Program-made: the position numbers and the translations under genes
Notes under the pieces: model-generated
What the model saw: only the letters and a program-made list of their open reading frames with translations
Database searches by the model: none
Told to the model about the DNA's origin: nothing
Origin: Steroidobacteraceae bacterium
Lineage (GTDB): Bacteria; Pseudomonadota; Gammaproteobacteria; Steroidobacterales; Steroidobacteraceae
Direction: 5' to 3'
Assembly: GCA_036554765.1 (NCBI GenBank)
Contig: DATBMQ010000126.1
Location: 1-45,564 of the forward strand
DNA length: 45,564 bases
Part shown: positions 25,790-33,896 of the stretch, piece by piece
How the letters are laid out: every line of letters starts with the position of its first letter
How positions within the stretch are numbered: position 1 is the stretch's first letter

Positions 25790-27711
25790 GCGGCGCGCGC
25801 CAGTTCGCGCAACTCGTCCGCGAGCTCCGACTCCGTGCGGCCGTCCACGAACAGCCGGCACCAGAGCTCGAGATTCACCAGCACCAGCAGCAGGTCGCTG
25901 TAGTCCTCGCGGTGGGCGTCGTGCGCCGCGGACAGCGCGCGCACGGCGTCGTAGCGCAGCAGGCCGCGGGACTCGACCGATTCCCGCGACAGCAGCGCGT
26001 CGCGCAACGGGCGCAGCTCCGACTTCAGCCAGGCGCCCATCGGGGCGCCGAAGCCGCGCTTGCCGCGCTCGAGGATTTCGCGCGGCAGGATCCCGGTCAG
26101 CGCGCGCCGCAACAGGCCCTTGAGGTCGCCGCCTTGCATCTTGACCGCCTCCGGAATCCGCGCCGCGAGCTCGGCGAGGCCGTGGTCGAGGAACGGCACG
26201 CGGCATTCGATCGAGGCCGCCATCGTGACCTTGTCGGTCAGCAGCAGCAGGTCCTCCGGCAGCTGGGTGCGCGCGTCGACGCGCAGCACGCGCAGCAACG
26301 CGTCGTCCGCGTTCTCTTCCGCCAGCACGCGATCGAAGCCCGTGGTCGCCGCGGCGGCGCCGGTGAGCTCTGCGACCGCCTGCGGCGTGCAGATCTCGAG
26401 GTAATGGCGGTACTGGCCGCGCCAGTCGAGTTCGCCGGCCTGGATGAACCGCCGCGCGTAGCGGGCGAGGTCCATGGCCCGGTTCTGCCGCCCGCTCGGC
26501 AGGCGGCGCGCCAGCGGCGCCAGCAGCCCGCGCCGCAGCCAGGCCGGGATGCGGCGATAGCGACGCCCGTAGTGCTCGCCGAGGTATCGCGTGTAGCCGG
26601 CGAACAGCTCGTCGCCGCCGACGCCCGAGAGGATCACCTTGACGCTGCCGGCGGCGAGCTCCGACACCAGCCAGGTCGTGACCATCGCGCTGTCCGAGAT
26701 CGGTTCCTCGACGTGCCAGATCAGTTTCGGGAGCAGCCGGATCACGTCCGGTGCAACCGGGATTTCATGGTGATTGGTGCGGTACCGGCGCGCGACCGCG
26801 CCGGCATACGACAGTTCGTTGTAGTAGCTCGCCGCGCCCGGGCCGGCGTAGCCGATCGAGTACGTGTTGACCGGCTGGCTGCTCTGCTCCGCCATGAGCG
26901 CCACGACCGCGCTGGAATCGATGCCGCCCGACAGGAAGGCGCCGATCGGCACGTCGGCCACCATGTGCCCGGCGACCGCCCGGCGCAGCTCGCGCCGGAC
27001 TTCCTCGACCCAGGCCTCCGCATCGATCCCGTCGCGCACGCGTTCCGGCAGGTTCCACCAGCGCTCGACGCGGGTGCCCGCCGCGTCGTGCACCAGGCGC
27101 GAACCGGGAGGCAGCTTCGACACGCCCCGGAACGCGGTCCGCGGCGCGGTCGCATAGCCCATGGCCAGGTACTCCGCCAGCGCACCGGGGTCGAGCTGCG
27201 CGCGGAATCCCGGCAGGCGCAGCAGCGCCTTGACCTCCGAGGCGAAGGCGAGCCCGCCGCCGTGCTGCGCGACGTAGAGCGGCTTCTGGCCGAAGCGGTC
27301 GCGCACCAGCACCAGGCGGCGCAGGCGCGCGTCCCAGAGCGCGATCGCGAACATGCCGCCGATGCGCGTCACGAAGTCGAGGCCATGCTCCTCGTAGAGG
27401 TGCACGATGACCTCGACGTCGCTGTGGGTCCGGAAGCGGTGGCCCTGGCGCTCGAGCCCGGCACGCAGCTCGCGGTAATTGTAGATCTCGCCGTTGCAGA
27501 CGACCCAGACGGTCTCGTCCTCGTTCGCGATCGGCTGGTGGCCGCCGGCGAGATCGATGATGGAAAGCCGGCGCATGCCGAGGATCACGCCCTCCGACTG
27601 GAGGAAGCCCTCGTCGTCGGGGCCGCGATGGCGGATGGCGCCGGCCATGCGCCGCACGTCGTCGAGGCCTGCCGCCGTGCCCGCCCCTGCAATGCCGACG
27701 ATGCCGCACAT
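25786..27711 (-). CDS. Asparagine synthase family amidotransferase (glutamine-hydrolysing), paralogue 4
   Basis: ATG 27711 gives MCGIVGIAG. Motifs: HRGPDDEG, MRRLSIIDL, CNGEIYNY and the PP-loop AFLSGGIDSSAV. Confidence 0.9.
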   Translation of the reverse strand: MCGIVGIAGAGTAAGLDDVRRMAGAIRHRGPDDEGFLQSEGVILGMRRLSIIDLAGGHQPIANEDETVWVVCNGEIYNYRELRAGLERQGHRFRTHSDVEVIVHLYEEHGLDFVTRIGGMFAIALWDARLRRLVLVRDRFGQKPLYVAQHGGGLAFASEVKALLRLPGFRAQLDPGALAEYLAMGYATAPRTAFRGVSKLPPGSRLVHDAAGTRVERWWNLPERVRDGIDAEAWVEEVRRELRRAVAGHMVADVPIGAFLSGGIDSSAVVALMAEQSSQPVNTYSIGYAGPGAASYYNELSYAGAVARRYRTNHHEIPVAPDVIRLLPKLIWHVEEPISDSAMVTTWLVSELAAGSVKVILSGVGGDELFAGYTRYLGEHYGRRYRRIPAWLRRGLLAPLARRLPSGRQNRAMDLARYARRFIQAGELDWRGQYRHYLEICTPQAVAELTGAAAATTGFDRVLAEENADDALLRVLRVDARTQLPEDLLLLTDKVTMAASIECRVPFLDHGLAELAARIPEAVKMQGGDLKGLLRRALTGILPREILERGKRGFGAPMGAWLKSELRPLRDALLSRESVESRGLLRYDAVRALSAAHDAHREDYSDLLLVLVNLELWCRLFVDGRTESELADELRELARAA

Positions 27712-27757
27712 GTCAGTGGCCGTCCTCGACTGCCAGCGCGCGTTGTCGGACAATCAA

Positions 27758-28507
27758 ATGCGTATGGTCAACGCGACGCGCGCAGCAAACGCCCGCAAAG
27801 TCGACGCACTGCGCGAGCAGTGGTTCGGCGGCGACGTCCACCCCTACCGCCTGCTCGAGCAGCGCGTCGCCGCGACGCTCGCGCCGGGCGCGACGCTGCT
27901 GGATGCGGGCTGCGGCCGCACCGCGCCCGTGCTCACGAAATTCCGCGCCCAGGCCGGCCGCCTGGTCGGCATCGATCTGGTCGAGTTCGCTCCGGACATT
28001 CCCGGTTGCGAGCTGTACCGCCGCGACCTGGCCGCCACCGGTCTCGAGGATGGCTGCGTGGACGTCATCTACTCGCGCAGCGTGTTCGAGCACCTCGACG
28101 ACCCGGCCTCCGTGCTGCGGGAATTCCAGCGCGTGCTGCGTCCCGGTGGCCGCGTGCTGGTGCTGACGGCCAGCCTCTGGGACTACGCGACCCTGATTGC
28201 GCGCCTGGTCCCGAACCGCTTCCATGCGCGGATCGTCGAGCGCACCGAAGGGCGCGCAGGCGAGGACGTGTTCCCCACGCGCTATCGCTGCAACACGCGG
28301 CGCGCCGTCATGCGCCACGCCGCAAGGGCCGGGCTCGTGCCCGGGCGCTTCGACTACGTCGGCCAGTATCCCGCGTACTTTGCCTTCAGCCCGCGGCTGT
28401 TCTCGCTCGCGTCGCGCTACGAATTCTTCCTGCGCCGTCACCGGCGCCTGCAGCCCCTGCTCGGCTGGATCCTGTTCGAACTCGTGAAGCCGCGCGCGAA
28501 CGGCTGA
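27758..28507 (+). CDS. Class I SAM-dependent methyltransferase
   Basis: This is the real gene inside the 337-aa track ORF. Motifs: TLLDAGCGRTAP (motif I), VDVIYSRSVFEHL, LRPGGRVLVLT. The start is uncertain (ATG 27758 or 27764, or in-frame ATG 27710) and no clear SD is visible. Confidence 0.7.
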   Translation: MRMVNATRAANARKVDALREQWFGGDVHPYRLLEQRVAATLAPGATLLDAGCGRTAPVLTKFRAQAGRLVGIDLVEFAPDIPGCELYRRDLAATGLEDGCVDVIYSRSVFEHLDDPASVLREFQRVLRPGGRVLVLTASLWDYATLIARLVPNRFHARIVERTEGRAGEDVFPTRYRCNTRRAVMRHAARAGLVPGRFDYVGQYPAYFAFSPRLFSLASRYEFFLRRHRRLQPLLGWILFELVKPRANG

Positions 28508-28571
28508 CCCGCCCCCCGGTGCCTGCCGCGGAACCTGCCCGGTCGTGGCCGGAGTGCGCGCGCGCTGCATG

Positions 28572-29411
28572 TCATGCAACCCCGACCCCGAAGACCCGGT
28601 CCATGCGGTCCCAGCGAAAATCGGCGAGCAGCTGCTGGAGCCGCGCCTCCATGCGCGCCAGGTTGGTGTAATGCCGGAAGCGCGACCGCCACGAGAGCCC
28701 GGCCACTCGCGGCTGCCCGGGATCGATCTCCCAGGGATGGCAATAGAAGACGCCGGGCTGGCGGTCCCGCGCGTTCACCCGGCGCAGCCCGGCGCGGAAC
28801 AGGCGGTACGGCAGCAGGCGGAAATACCCGCCGCCGCCGCAGGGCAGGCGCTGTCCCAGCACTTCCACCGTCGTGATCGGCACCTCGAGCAGCGGCCCCT
28901 TGCCCGGCCGGTAGGGAAAGCGCGGCGCGCCCGGGATGCCGTAGAGGTCGTGGTGGATCGGGAAGATGCTCGAGTCGTAGCGGAAGCCGAGCGATTCCAG
29001 TACCTCGAGCGCCCACAGGGAATCGCGCCGGATCGAATAGGTCGCCGCCCGGTAGCCGGCGACCGGTGCGCCGATCGCCTGCTCGAGCCGCGCCTTGGCG
29101 TCGCGCGTCTCGCGCTCGAACTGGTCGCGGGACTGGCGGTAGATCACCTGGTGGTTCTCGCCGTGGCAGGCGACCTCGTGGCCCGCCGCATGGATGTCGC
29201 GCACCAGCGCGGGCGAGCGCTCCGCAATCCAGCCGAGCATGAAGAAGGTCGCGCGCACGCGTGCCGCGGCCAGCAGCTCGAGCAGTCGCCGCGTGTTGCG
29301 CTCGGCGCGATACTCGAAGCGGCCCCAGTCCCCGGGGTTCACCGCCTGCGCGAGGGCCTCGACGTGGAAGTAGTCCTCCACGTCCACCGAAAAGGCGTTG
29401 ACGATGCTCAT
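28572..29411 (-). CDS. XrtA/PEP-CTERM-locus polysaccharide deacetylase
   Basis: 279 aa. Motifs: MSIVNAFSVDVEDYFHVEA, ATFFMLGWIAE, GHEVACHGENH, GGGYFRLLPY. This is the characteristic subfamily found in PEP-CTERM loci. Confidence 0.85.
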   Translation of the reverse strand: MSIVNAFSVDVEDYFHVEALAQAVNPGDWGRFEYRAERNTRRLLELLAAARVRATFFMLGWIAERSPALVRDIHAAGHEVACHGENHQVIYRQSRDQFERETRDAKARLEQAIGAPVAGYRAATYSIRRDSLWALEVLESLGFRYDSSIFPIHHDLYGIPGAPRFPYRPGKGPLLEVPITTVEVLGQRLPCGGGGYFRLLPYRLFRAGLRRVNARDRQPGVFYCHPWEIDPGQPRVAGLSWRSRFRHYTNLARMEARLQQLLADFRWDRMDRVFGVGVA

Positions 29412-29432
29412 TTCACGGCGGGCCCGCGCCGT

Positions 29433-30722
29433 TCAATTGCGGGGCGAATACGTGAACCTCAGCGTCATGCGGTTCTCGTCGTAATCCCGCGTGCCGGTGC
29501 CGGCCGAGGTGTCGCCGCTGCCCTCGGCATGCTCCGCGCGCAATCCCAGCGCCACGGTCGCCGACAGGCTCCAGTCGAGCCCGGCCCCCGCCGACCACTC
29601 GTCGAAGTCCACGCCGCTCACGCTGAAGTCCTCGCTGGTGTGGCGGCCGAACACCGATGCCGTCGTGCGCGGCCCGATGCGGCGGGACAGCTCGAGGCCG
29701 ACGCCGATGCTCTCGCGATCGAAGGTCGCATCCACTTCGCGCTCCTCGTCGCGCCAGTCGGACGACAGCTCGAGCGTCGAACGGGCGCCCTCGATGGTCC
29801 AGGACAGGTTGGCGTAGTCCTGCTGGAACGGGTCACGCGCCGGCACGGCGTCCTCATTGCCGGTCAGGATGTCCTGGAAGCCGCGGTCGCGGACGAACGA
29901 GTCGGCGGCGTCGTAGAAGCGCGTGCCGATGTTGACGAACAGCGACGAGCGCGCGCCGACTTCGCGCGTCAGCGTCAGGTCGAACAGCGGGCCGTCGCTG
30001 CGTTCGCCGAAGTCGTGCAGCGAAGTCATCCCGCCCGACACCTCGATCGTGGTTCGCGACCCGCGCACCTGGTACCTGAGCCAGGCGGAGTGGAGGTCGT
30101 AGTCGCTGTTGGGAGGCGAGGCGTCGAACTCCACGCGCTGGGAGGAGAGATTGAGCGAGAGCGAGCTCGTGTCGCTCATGGCGCGCGAGAGCGCGACCAT
30201 GCCGAGCAGCCGCTCGCTGTCGAGCTCGCTCTCCTCGTAGTTGACGTCGCTCCAGCGGCCCGAGACGGAGACCTGGGTGCGCGAGCCCAGCGGCAGGATC
30301 AAGGTCGGCCCGGTGCTGAAGACGTTGAGGTTCTGCCGGTTCGCGGGCGTCTCGACGTCGCGCGGGTCGATGAAGCTCTGGCCGAAATCGTCCTCGACCG
30401 TCCACGTGAACCGGTCGGGCAGGAACGCGTACACCAGGCGCCCGTTGAGCCCGCCGACGAGTTCATCGTCGAAGGTGTCGTCGAGGTAGCTGAGGTAGCG
30501 CGCATTCACCGTGACGTCGGCGTCCAGCCTGCCGTCGTGCGCCCAGCCGAGCTGCATCCCGGCTTCGGCGATCGTGTCGGACTGCTCGTTGGCGGCCGTG
30601 CGACCGACATTGTCCGAATGGGTCGCCCCCGCGCTGACCGAGAACGTGGTCTCCTGCGCCGAGGCCGCCGCCGCAAGCATGGTCGCCGCGAGCGCTGGAA
30701 TGATCCTGGTGCGAATCTTCAT
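29433..30722 (-). CDS. PEP-CTERM system-associated outer-membrane beta-barrel protein
   Basis: 429 aa. The signal peptide is MKIRTRIIPALAATMLAAAASAQE. The mature part has an alternating hydrophobic/polar strand pattern rich in D/S/T/G/Y. The ATG overlaps the epsG-like stop (ATGA). Confidence 0.7.
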   Translation of the reverse strand: MKIRTRIIPALAATMLAAAASAQETTFSVSAGATHSDNVGRTAANEQSDTIAEAGMQLGWAHDGRLDADVTVNARYLSYLDDTFDDELVGGLNGRLVYAFLPDRFTWTVEDDFGQSFIDPRDVETPANRQNLNVFSTGPTLILPLGSRTQVSVSGRWSDVNYEESELDSERLLGMVALSRAMSDTSSLSLNLSSQRVEFDASPPNSDYDLHSAWLRYQVRGSRTTIEVSGGMTSLHDFGERSDGPLFDLTLTREVGARSSLFVNIGTRFYDAADSFVRDRGFQDILTGNEDAVPARDPFQQDYANLSWTIEGARSTLELSSDWRDEEREVDATFDRESIGVGLELSRRIGPRTTASVFGRHTSEDFSVSGVDFDEWSAGAGLDWSLSATVALGLRAEHAEGSGDTSAGTGTRDYDENRMTLRFTYSPRN

Positions 30723-31675
30723 GGCTTCACCGCCTGGCTGTTGTTGGACGCATCACCCGCCGTGTAACCGTACACGTGACCGTACCCGTAGTAGTTGCCG
30801 GCCGACCCGGCACGATGCGCCTGGTTGAGCACCAGGCGCAGCCCGGGCTTGTCGCCGATGGCCTCGACCGCGTCGAGCACCGCCTGCTGCTGCGTGAAGC
30901 CGGCGCGCACCACGAGCACCACCTGCTCGAACAGGCCCGCCAGCACCCGCGCCTCGCTGGTCAGCAGGATCGGCGGAGAATCGAACACGACCAGCAGGTG
31001 CGGGTCGAGGCGCCCGAGGCTCTCCAGCAGCTGGCGCATGCGCGCGCTGGCCAGCAGCTCCGTCGCGATTTCCGACGGCTTGCCGGCCGGCAGCAGGCTC
31101 AGGCGCGGCGTGTCGGTGGACAGGATCACGGACTCGACCGGCCGGTGCGCGTCGGCCAGCATCTCGAGCAGTCCCGGCTCGTTGCCGGCGCCGAAGATCT
31201 GGCTGATGTTCGGCTTCGCAACGTCGCCGTCCACCAGCAGCACGGAATGGTCTTTCTCCATCGCGAGGCTGAGCGCAAGGTTGACGGCCGTGAAGGTCTT
31301 GCCCTCGCCTGGCAGCGCGCTCGACACCATGATCGCCCGCCTGCTGACGGATCCCGGCCCGGTGGTGGCCGCGTCCGGAGGAAATGCGTGCCGGATCAGC
31401 GGCCGCTTGATGGTGCGGAACTGGTGGGCGAGCTCCCGCTCGTGCTGCTCCGGCGGCAGGAAGCCATGGGCGCGCAGCGCGGCGATGTCGATGCGCACGG
31501 TGCGCAGGCCGTTGCCGAGCACCACGCGCGGCTGAGGCAGCGCCGCAGCGCCCGACTTCGGACGCTCGACGTCCACCACCCGCCCGACCCTGATCGACGG
31601 CGGCGGCTCCGTGCGCGTGCCCGGTACCGGCGTGGACGCCTTCAGCTTGCTCAAGGCTCTTTCGACGAGGCTCAT
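30719..31675 (-). CDS. epsG: Chain-length-determinant tyrosine autokinase (BY-kinase), XrtA-associated
   Basis: 318 aa. It has the Walker A-like SALPGEGKTFTAVNLA, VLLVDGDV, and a C-terminal tyrosine cluster NYYGYGHVYGY (30764..30793). Confidence 0.85.
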   Translation of the reverse strand: MSLVERALSKLKASTPVPGTRTEPPPSIRVGRVVDVERPKSGAAALPQPRVVLGNGLRTVRIDIAALRAHGFLPPEQHERELAHQFRTIKRPLIRHAFPPDAATTGPGSVSRRAIMVSSALPGEGKTFTAVNLALSLAMEKDHSVLLVDGDVAKPNISQIFGAGNEPGLLEMLADAHRPVESVILSTDTPRLSLLPAGKPSEIATELLASARMRQLLESLGRLDPHLLVVFDSPPILLTSEARVLAGLFEQVVLVVRAGFTQQQAVLDAVEAIGDKPGLRLVLNQAHRAGSAGNYYGYGHVYGYTAGDASNNSQAVKP

Positions 31676-31682
31676 GTGTCGC

Positions 31683-33293
31683 TCACCCGGTCAGACGCTG
31701 CAGGAACGAGAGGCCAGGGGCCTGGGTCACGTAAACGAAGCCGAAGACCAGCACGAGGCCGGCGGTCGCGGCCGAGAATTGCAGCAGCTCCTGCTTGCGT
31801 TCCTGGCGGTGCCGTTCCTCGAAGGTGCGGCTCACGGCCGCCAGCACCTGCAGGCCCGTGGCTTCGGCCAGGCGCCGCGCGCTGTGGAAAACCGGGCGCA
31901 ACTGGTTCATCAGCCAGGTCAGGCCGCCGCCCGCGGCGAGCCCGATCAGCAGCACACCGACGAGGAGCAGCGGGCGATTCGGCGCCACCGGCCTGAAATC
32001 CGCAGCCGGCGGGTCGATGACCTGGAATTTCACGGTTCCCGTGCGGTCGGCCTGCTCGGAAATCGAGGCCGTCTCGCGCCGCTGCACGAGTTCCAGGTAG
32101 CGCTGCCGCGTCACCTCGTAGTCGCGGTTGAGGCGCGCCAGCTCGGCCTCGACCTCGGGAACCGCGTCCACGCGTTGCCGCAACGACCCGACGCGTCCCT
32201 GGGCCTGGGCCAGCTCCTGGCGCAGCTCGGCGATGCGGATCTTGGTGCGGTTCAGCTCGATCTCGAGTCCCTGGTAGACCGGGTTGGTCTTGAGCGACGA
32301 GGACAGGCTGCCGGTGCCGCGGCCACTGGACCGCACGCGCTCGAGTTCCTCGTCGCGCCGGCGCTTCAACTCCTCGAGCGTGGCGCGCGTGGAAATCACC
32401 TCCGGGTGCTTTTCGGTGTAGCGCAGCAGGAGTTCATCCAGCGTCTTCTCGAGCTGCTGGATGCGGAAGCTCAGGTCGCCCGCCGCGCCGGTGCCCTGCG
32501 CCGACTCCGGGCCGGCATCGAAACCGAACAGGAATGGCTCTTCGCCCGCCAGCTGGCGCTCGATTTCCGCGCGGCGGCTCTCGGCCACGGCGAGCTGGGT
32601 ACGCAGGTCCCCCGCCGTCGTCGATTCCTGCTGCAGGCGCGAGAAGTAGTCGCCGCGGTCGTCGGGCATCAGGCCGACGTTGTTCTTCTTGAAGTCGGCG
32701 AGCCGCGCCTCGGCCTCGCTCAGCCGGCGCTCGTAGTCCTGGATCTGCTCGTCGAGGAACCGCTCCGCCGTTTCCTGGCCGACGCGCTTCTCGCCGAGCG
32801 CATCCTCGACGAAGGCATTCAGCAGCGTCTGCACCACCTCGATGCTCTTCATCCGGTCGGCATCCTGGAAGCCGATCCGGTACAGGCCCTCGCCCGGGCG
32901 GGTCGTGGCCCGGGCGTCGACCGCCTCGATGCGGATCCGCTCCTGGATCTTCCGGATCAGCTCGTCATGCTGCGCCGGCGTCTTGGCGCGCGCGTCCAGG
33001 TCGGTCTCGCGCGCGACCTTTTCGATGTTGGGGCGCGACAGCAGCGCGGCCCTGACCAGGTCGAGCCCCGAGGCGACGTCGGGGTTGACGGCCAGGCCTT
33101 CGAGCAGCGGCCGCAGGATGCTGCGCGTGTCCACGAACACGCGCGCACTGGCCTCGTAGGTGTCCGGCATGCGCAGCACGAACACCCAGCCGGCCAGGCA
33201 CATCGCCCAGGCGGCGGCCAGGCCCCACCAGCGGAAACGCCAGGCCCCGCGGATCTCGTCCAGCACCTGGTTGACCATCTCCTGCGTCTGCAT
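31683..33293 (-). CDS. epsF: Polysaccharide chain length determinant (Wzz/PCP-type), XrtA system
   Basis: 536 aa. It has an N-terminal TM helix plus Wzz-like region, a long Glu/Arg/Leu-rich coiled-coil segment, and C-terminal TM helices (LLLVGVLLIGLAAGGGLTWL). Confidence 0.85.
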   Translation of the reverse strand: MQTQEMVNQVLDEIRGAWRFRWWGLAAAWAMCLAGWVFVLRMPDTYEASARVFVDTRSILRPLLEGLAVNPDVASGLDLVRAALLSRPNIEKVARETDLDARAKTPAQHDELIRKIQERIRIEAVDARATTRPGEGLYRIGFQDADRMKSIEVVQTLLNAFVEDALGEKRVGQETAERFLDEQIQDYERRLSEAEARLADFKKNNVGLMPDDRGDYFSRLQQESTTAGDLRTQLAVAESRRAEIERQLAGEEPFLFGFDAGPESAQGTGAAGDLSFRIQQLEKTLDELLLRYTEKHPEVISTRATLEELKRRRDEELERVRSSGRGTGSLSSSLKTNPVYQGLEIELNRTKIRIAELRQELAQAQGRVGSLRQRVDAVPEVEAELARLNRDYEVTRQRYLELVQRRETASISEQADRTGTVKFQVIDPPAADFRPVAPNRPLLLVGVLLIGLAAGGGLTWLMNQLRPVFHSARRLAEATGLQVLAAVSRTFEERHRQERKQELLQFSAATAGLVLVFGFVYVTQAPGLSFLQRLTG

Positions 33294-33307
33294 CGCTCCT
33301 CCGCCGC

Positions 33308-33889
33308 CTAGAATACGGATTCCGGGACGATCAGCACGTCGCCCGGTCGCACTTCGAGGTTCTGGTCCAGGCGCCCGCGCGTCAGCAGGTCCTTGAGCTT
33401 GACCCGGATCTCCTTTTCGGTTCCGTCGGCCCCGGTCCGCACCAGCCGTGCGCGATTGCCGGCGGCGAATTCGGTCAGGCCTCCGACCGCGAGCAGCAGG
33501 TCCATCATGCGCATGCCTTCCCGGTAGGGCACCGACTGCGGCGTCCGCACCTGGCCGATCACCGTCACCTTGCTGAAGGTGCTCTGCGCGTTGGTGACGA
33601 TGACGTTCACCTGCGGACTGCGGATGTACTCGGCCAGTCGCGTCTCGATGTCGCGCGCGAGTTCCGAGGGCTTCTTGCCGACCGCCACCATGTCCTCGAC
33701 CAGCGGTGTCGAGACCTTGCCGTCCGGGCGCACCGGCACCGTCACCGAGAGCTCCGGATTGCGCCAGACGAAGACCTGGATCGTGTCGCCCGGGCCGATG
33801 ATGTAGTCGCTGCCGGCATCGGGCTGCTGCGCCAGTGCGAACGTCGTCGCCACCAGCCAGCCCGCAAGCATTGCAATCGGTCGTGACAT
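33308..33889 (-). CDS. epsE: Polysaccharide export protein (short Wza-like), XrtA/PEP-CTERM system
   Basis: 193 aa with a signal peptide. It carries the Poly_export motif YIIGPGDTIQVFVWRNPELS and an SLBB-like C-terminus (LEVRPGDVLIVPE). Confidence 0.85.
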   Translation of the reverse strand: MSRPIAMLAGWLVATTFALAQQPDAGSDYIIGPGDTIQVFVWRNPELSVTVPVRPDGKVSTPLVEDMVAVGKKPSELARDIETRLAEYIRSPQVNVIVTNAQSTFSKVTVIGQVRTPQSVPYREGMRMMDLLLAVGGLTEFAAGNRARLVRTGADGTEKEIRVKLKDLLTRGRLDQNLEVRPGDVLIVPESVF

Positions 33890-33896
33890 GGTCGGG

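Noticed and set aside
25912-28671. 919-aa plus-strand ORF, and similarly 28545..30767 (740 aa) and 22740..24698 (652 aa)
   Set aside because: These are shadow frames antisense to the AsnB, deacetylase and OM-barrel genes. The first also crosses the methyltransferase in a different frame. Their composition is dominated by Arg/Ala/Gly/Pro and no motifs are recognisable.
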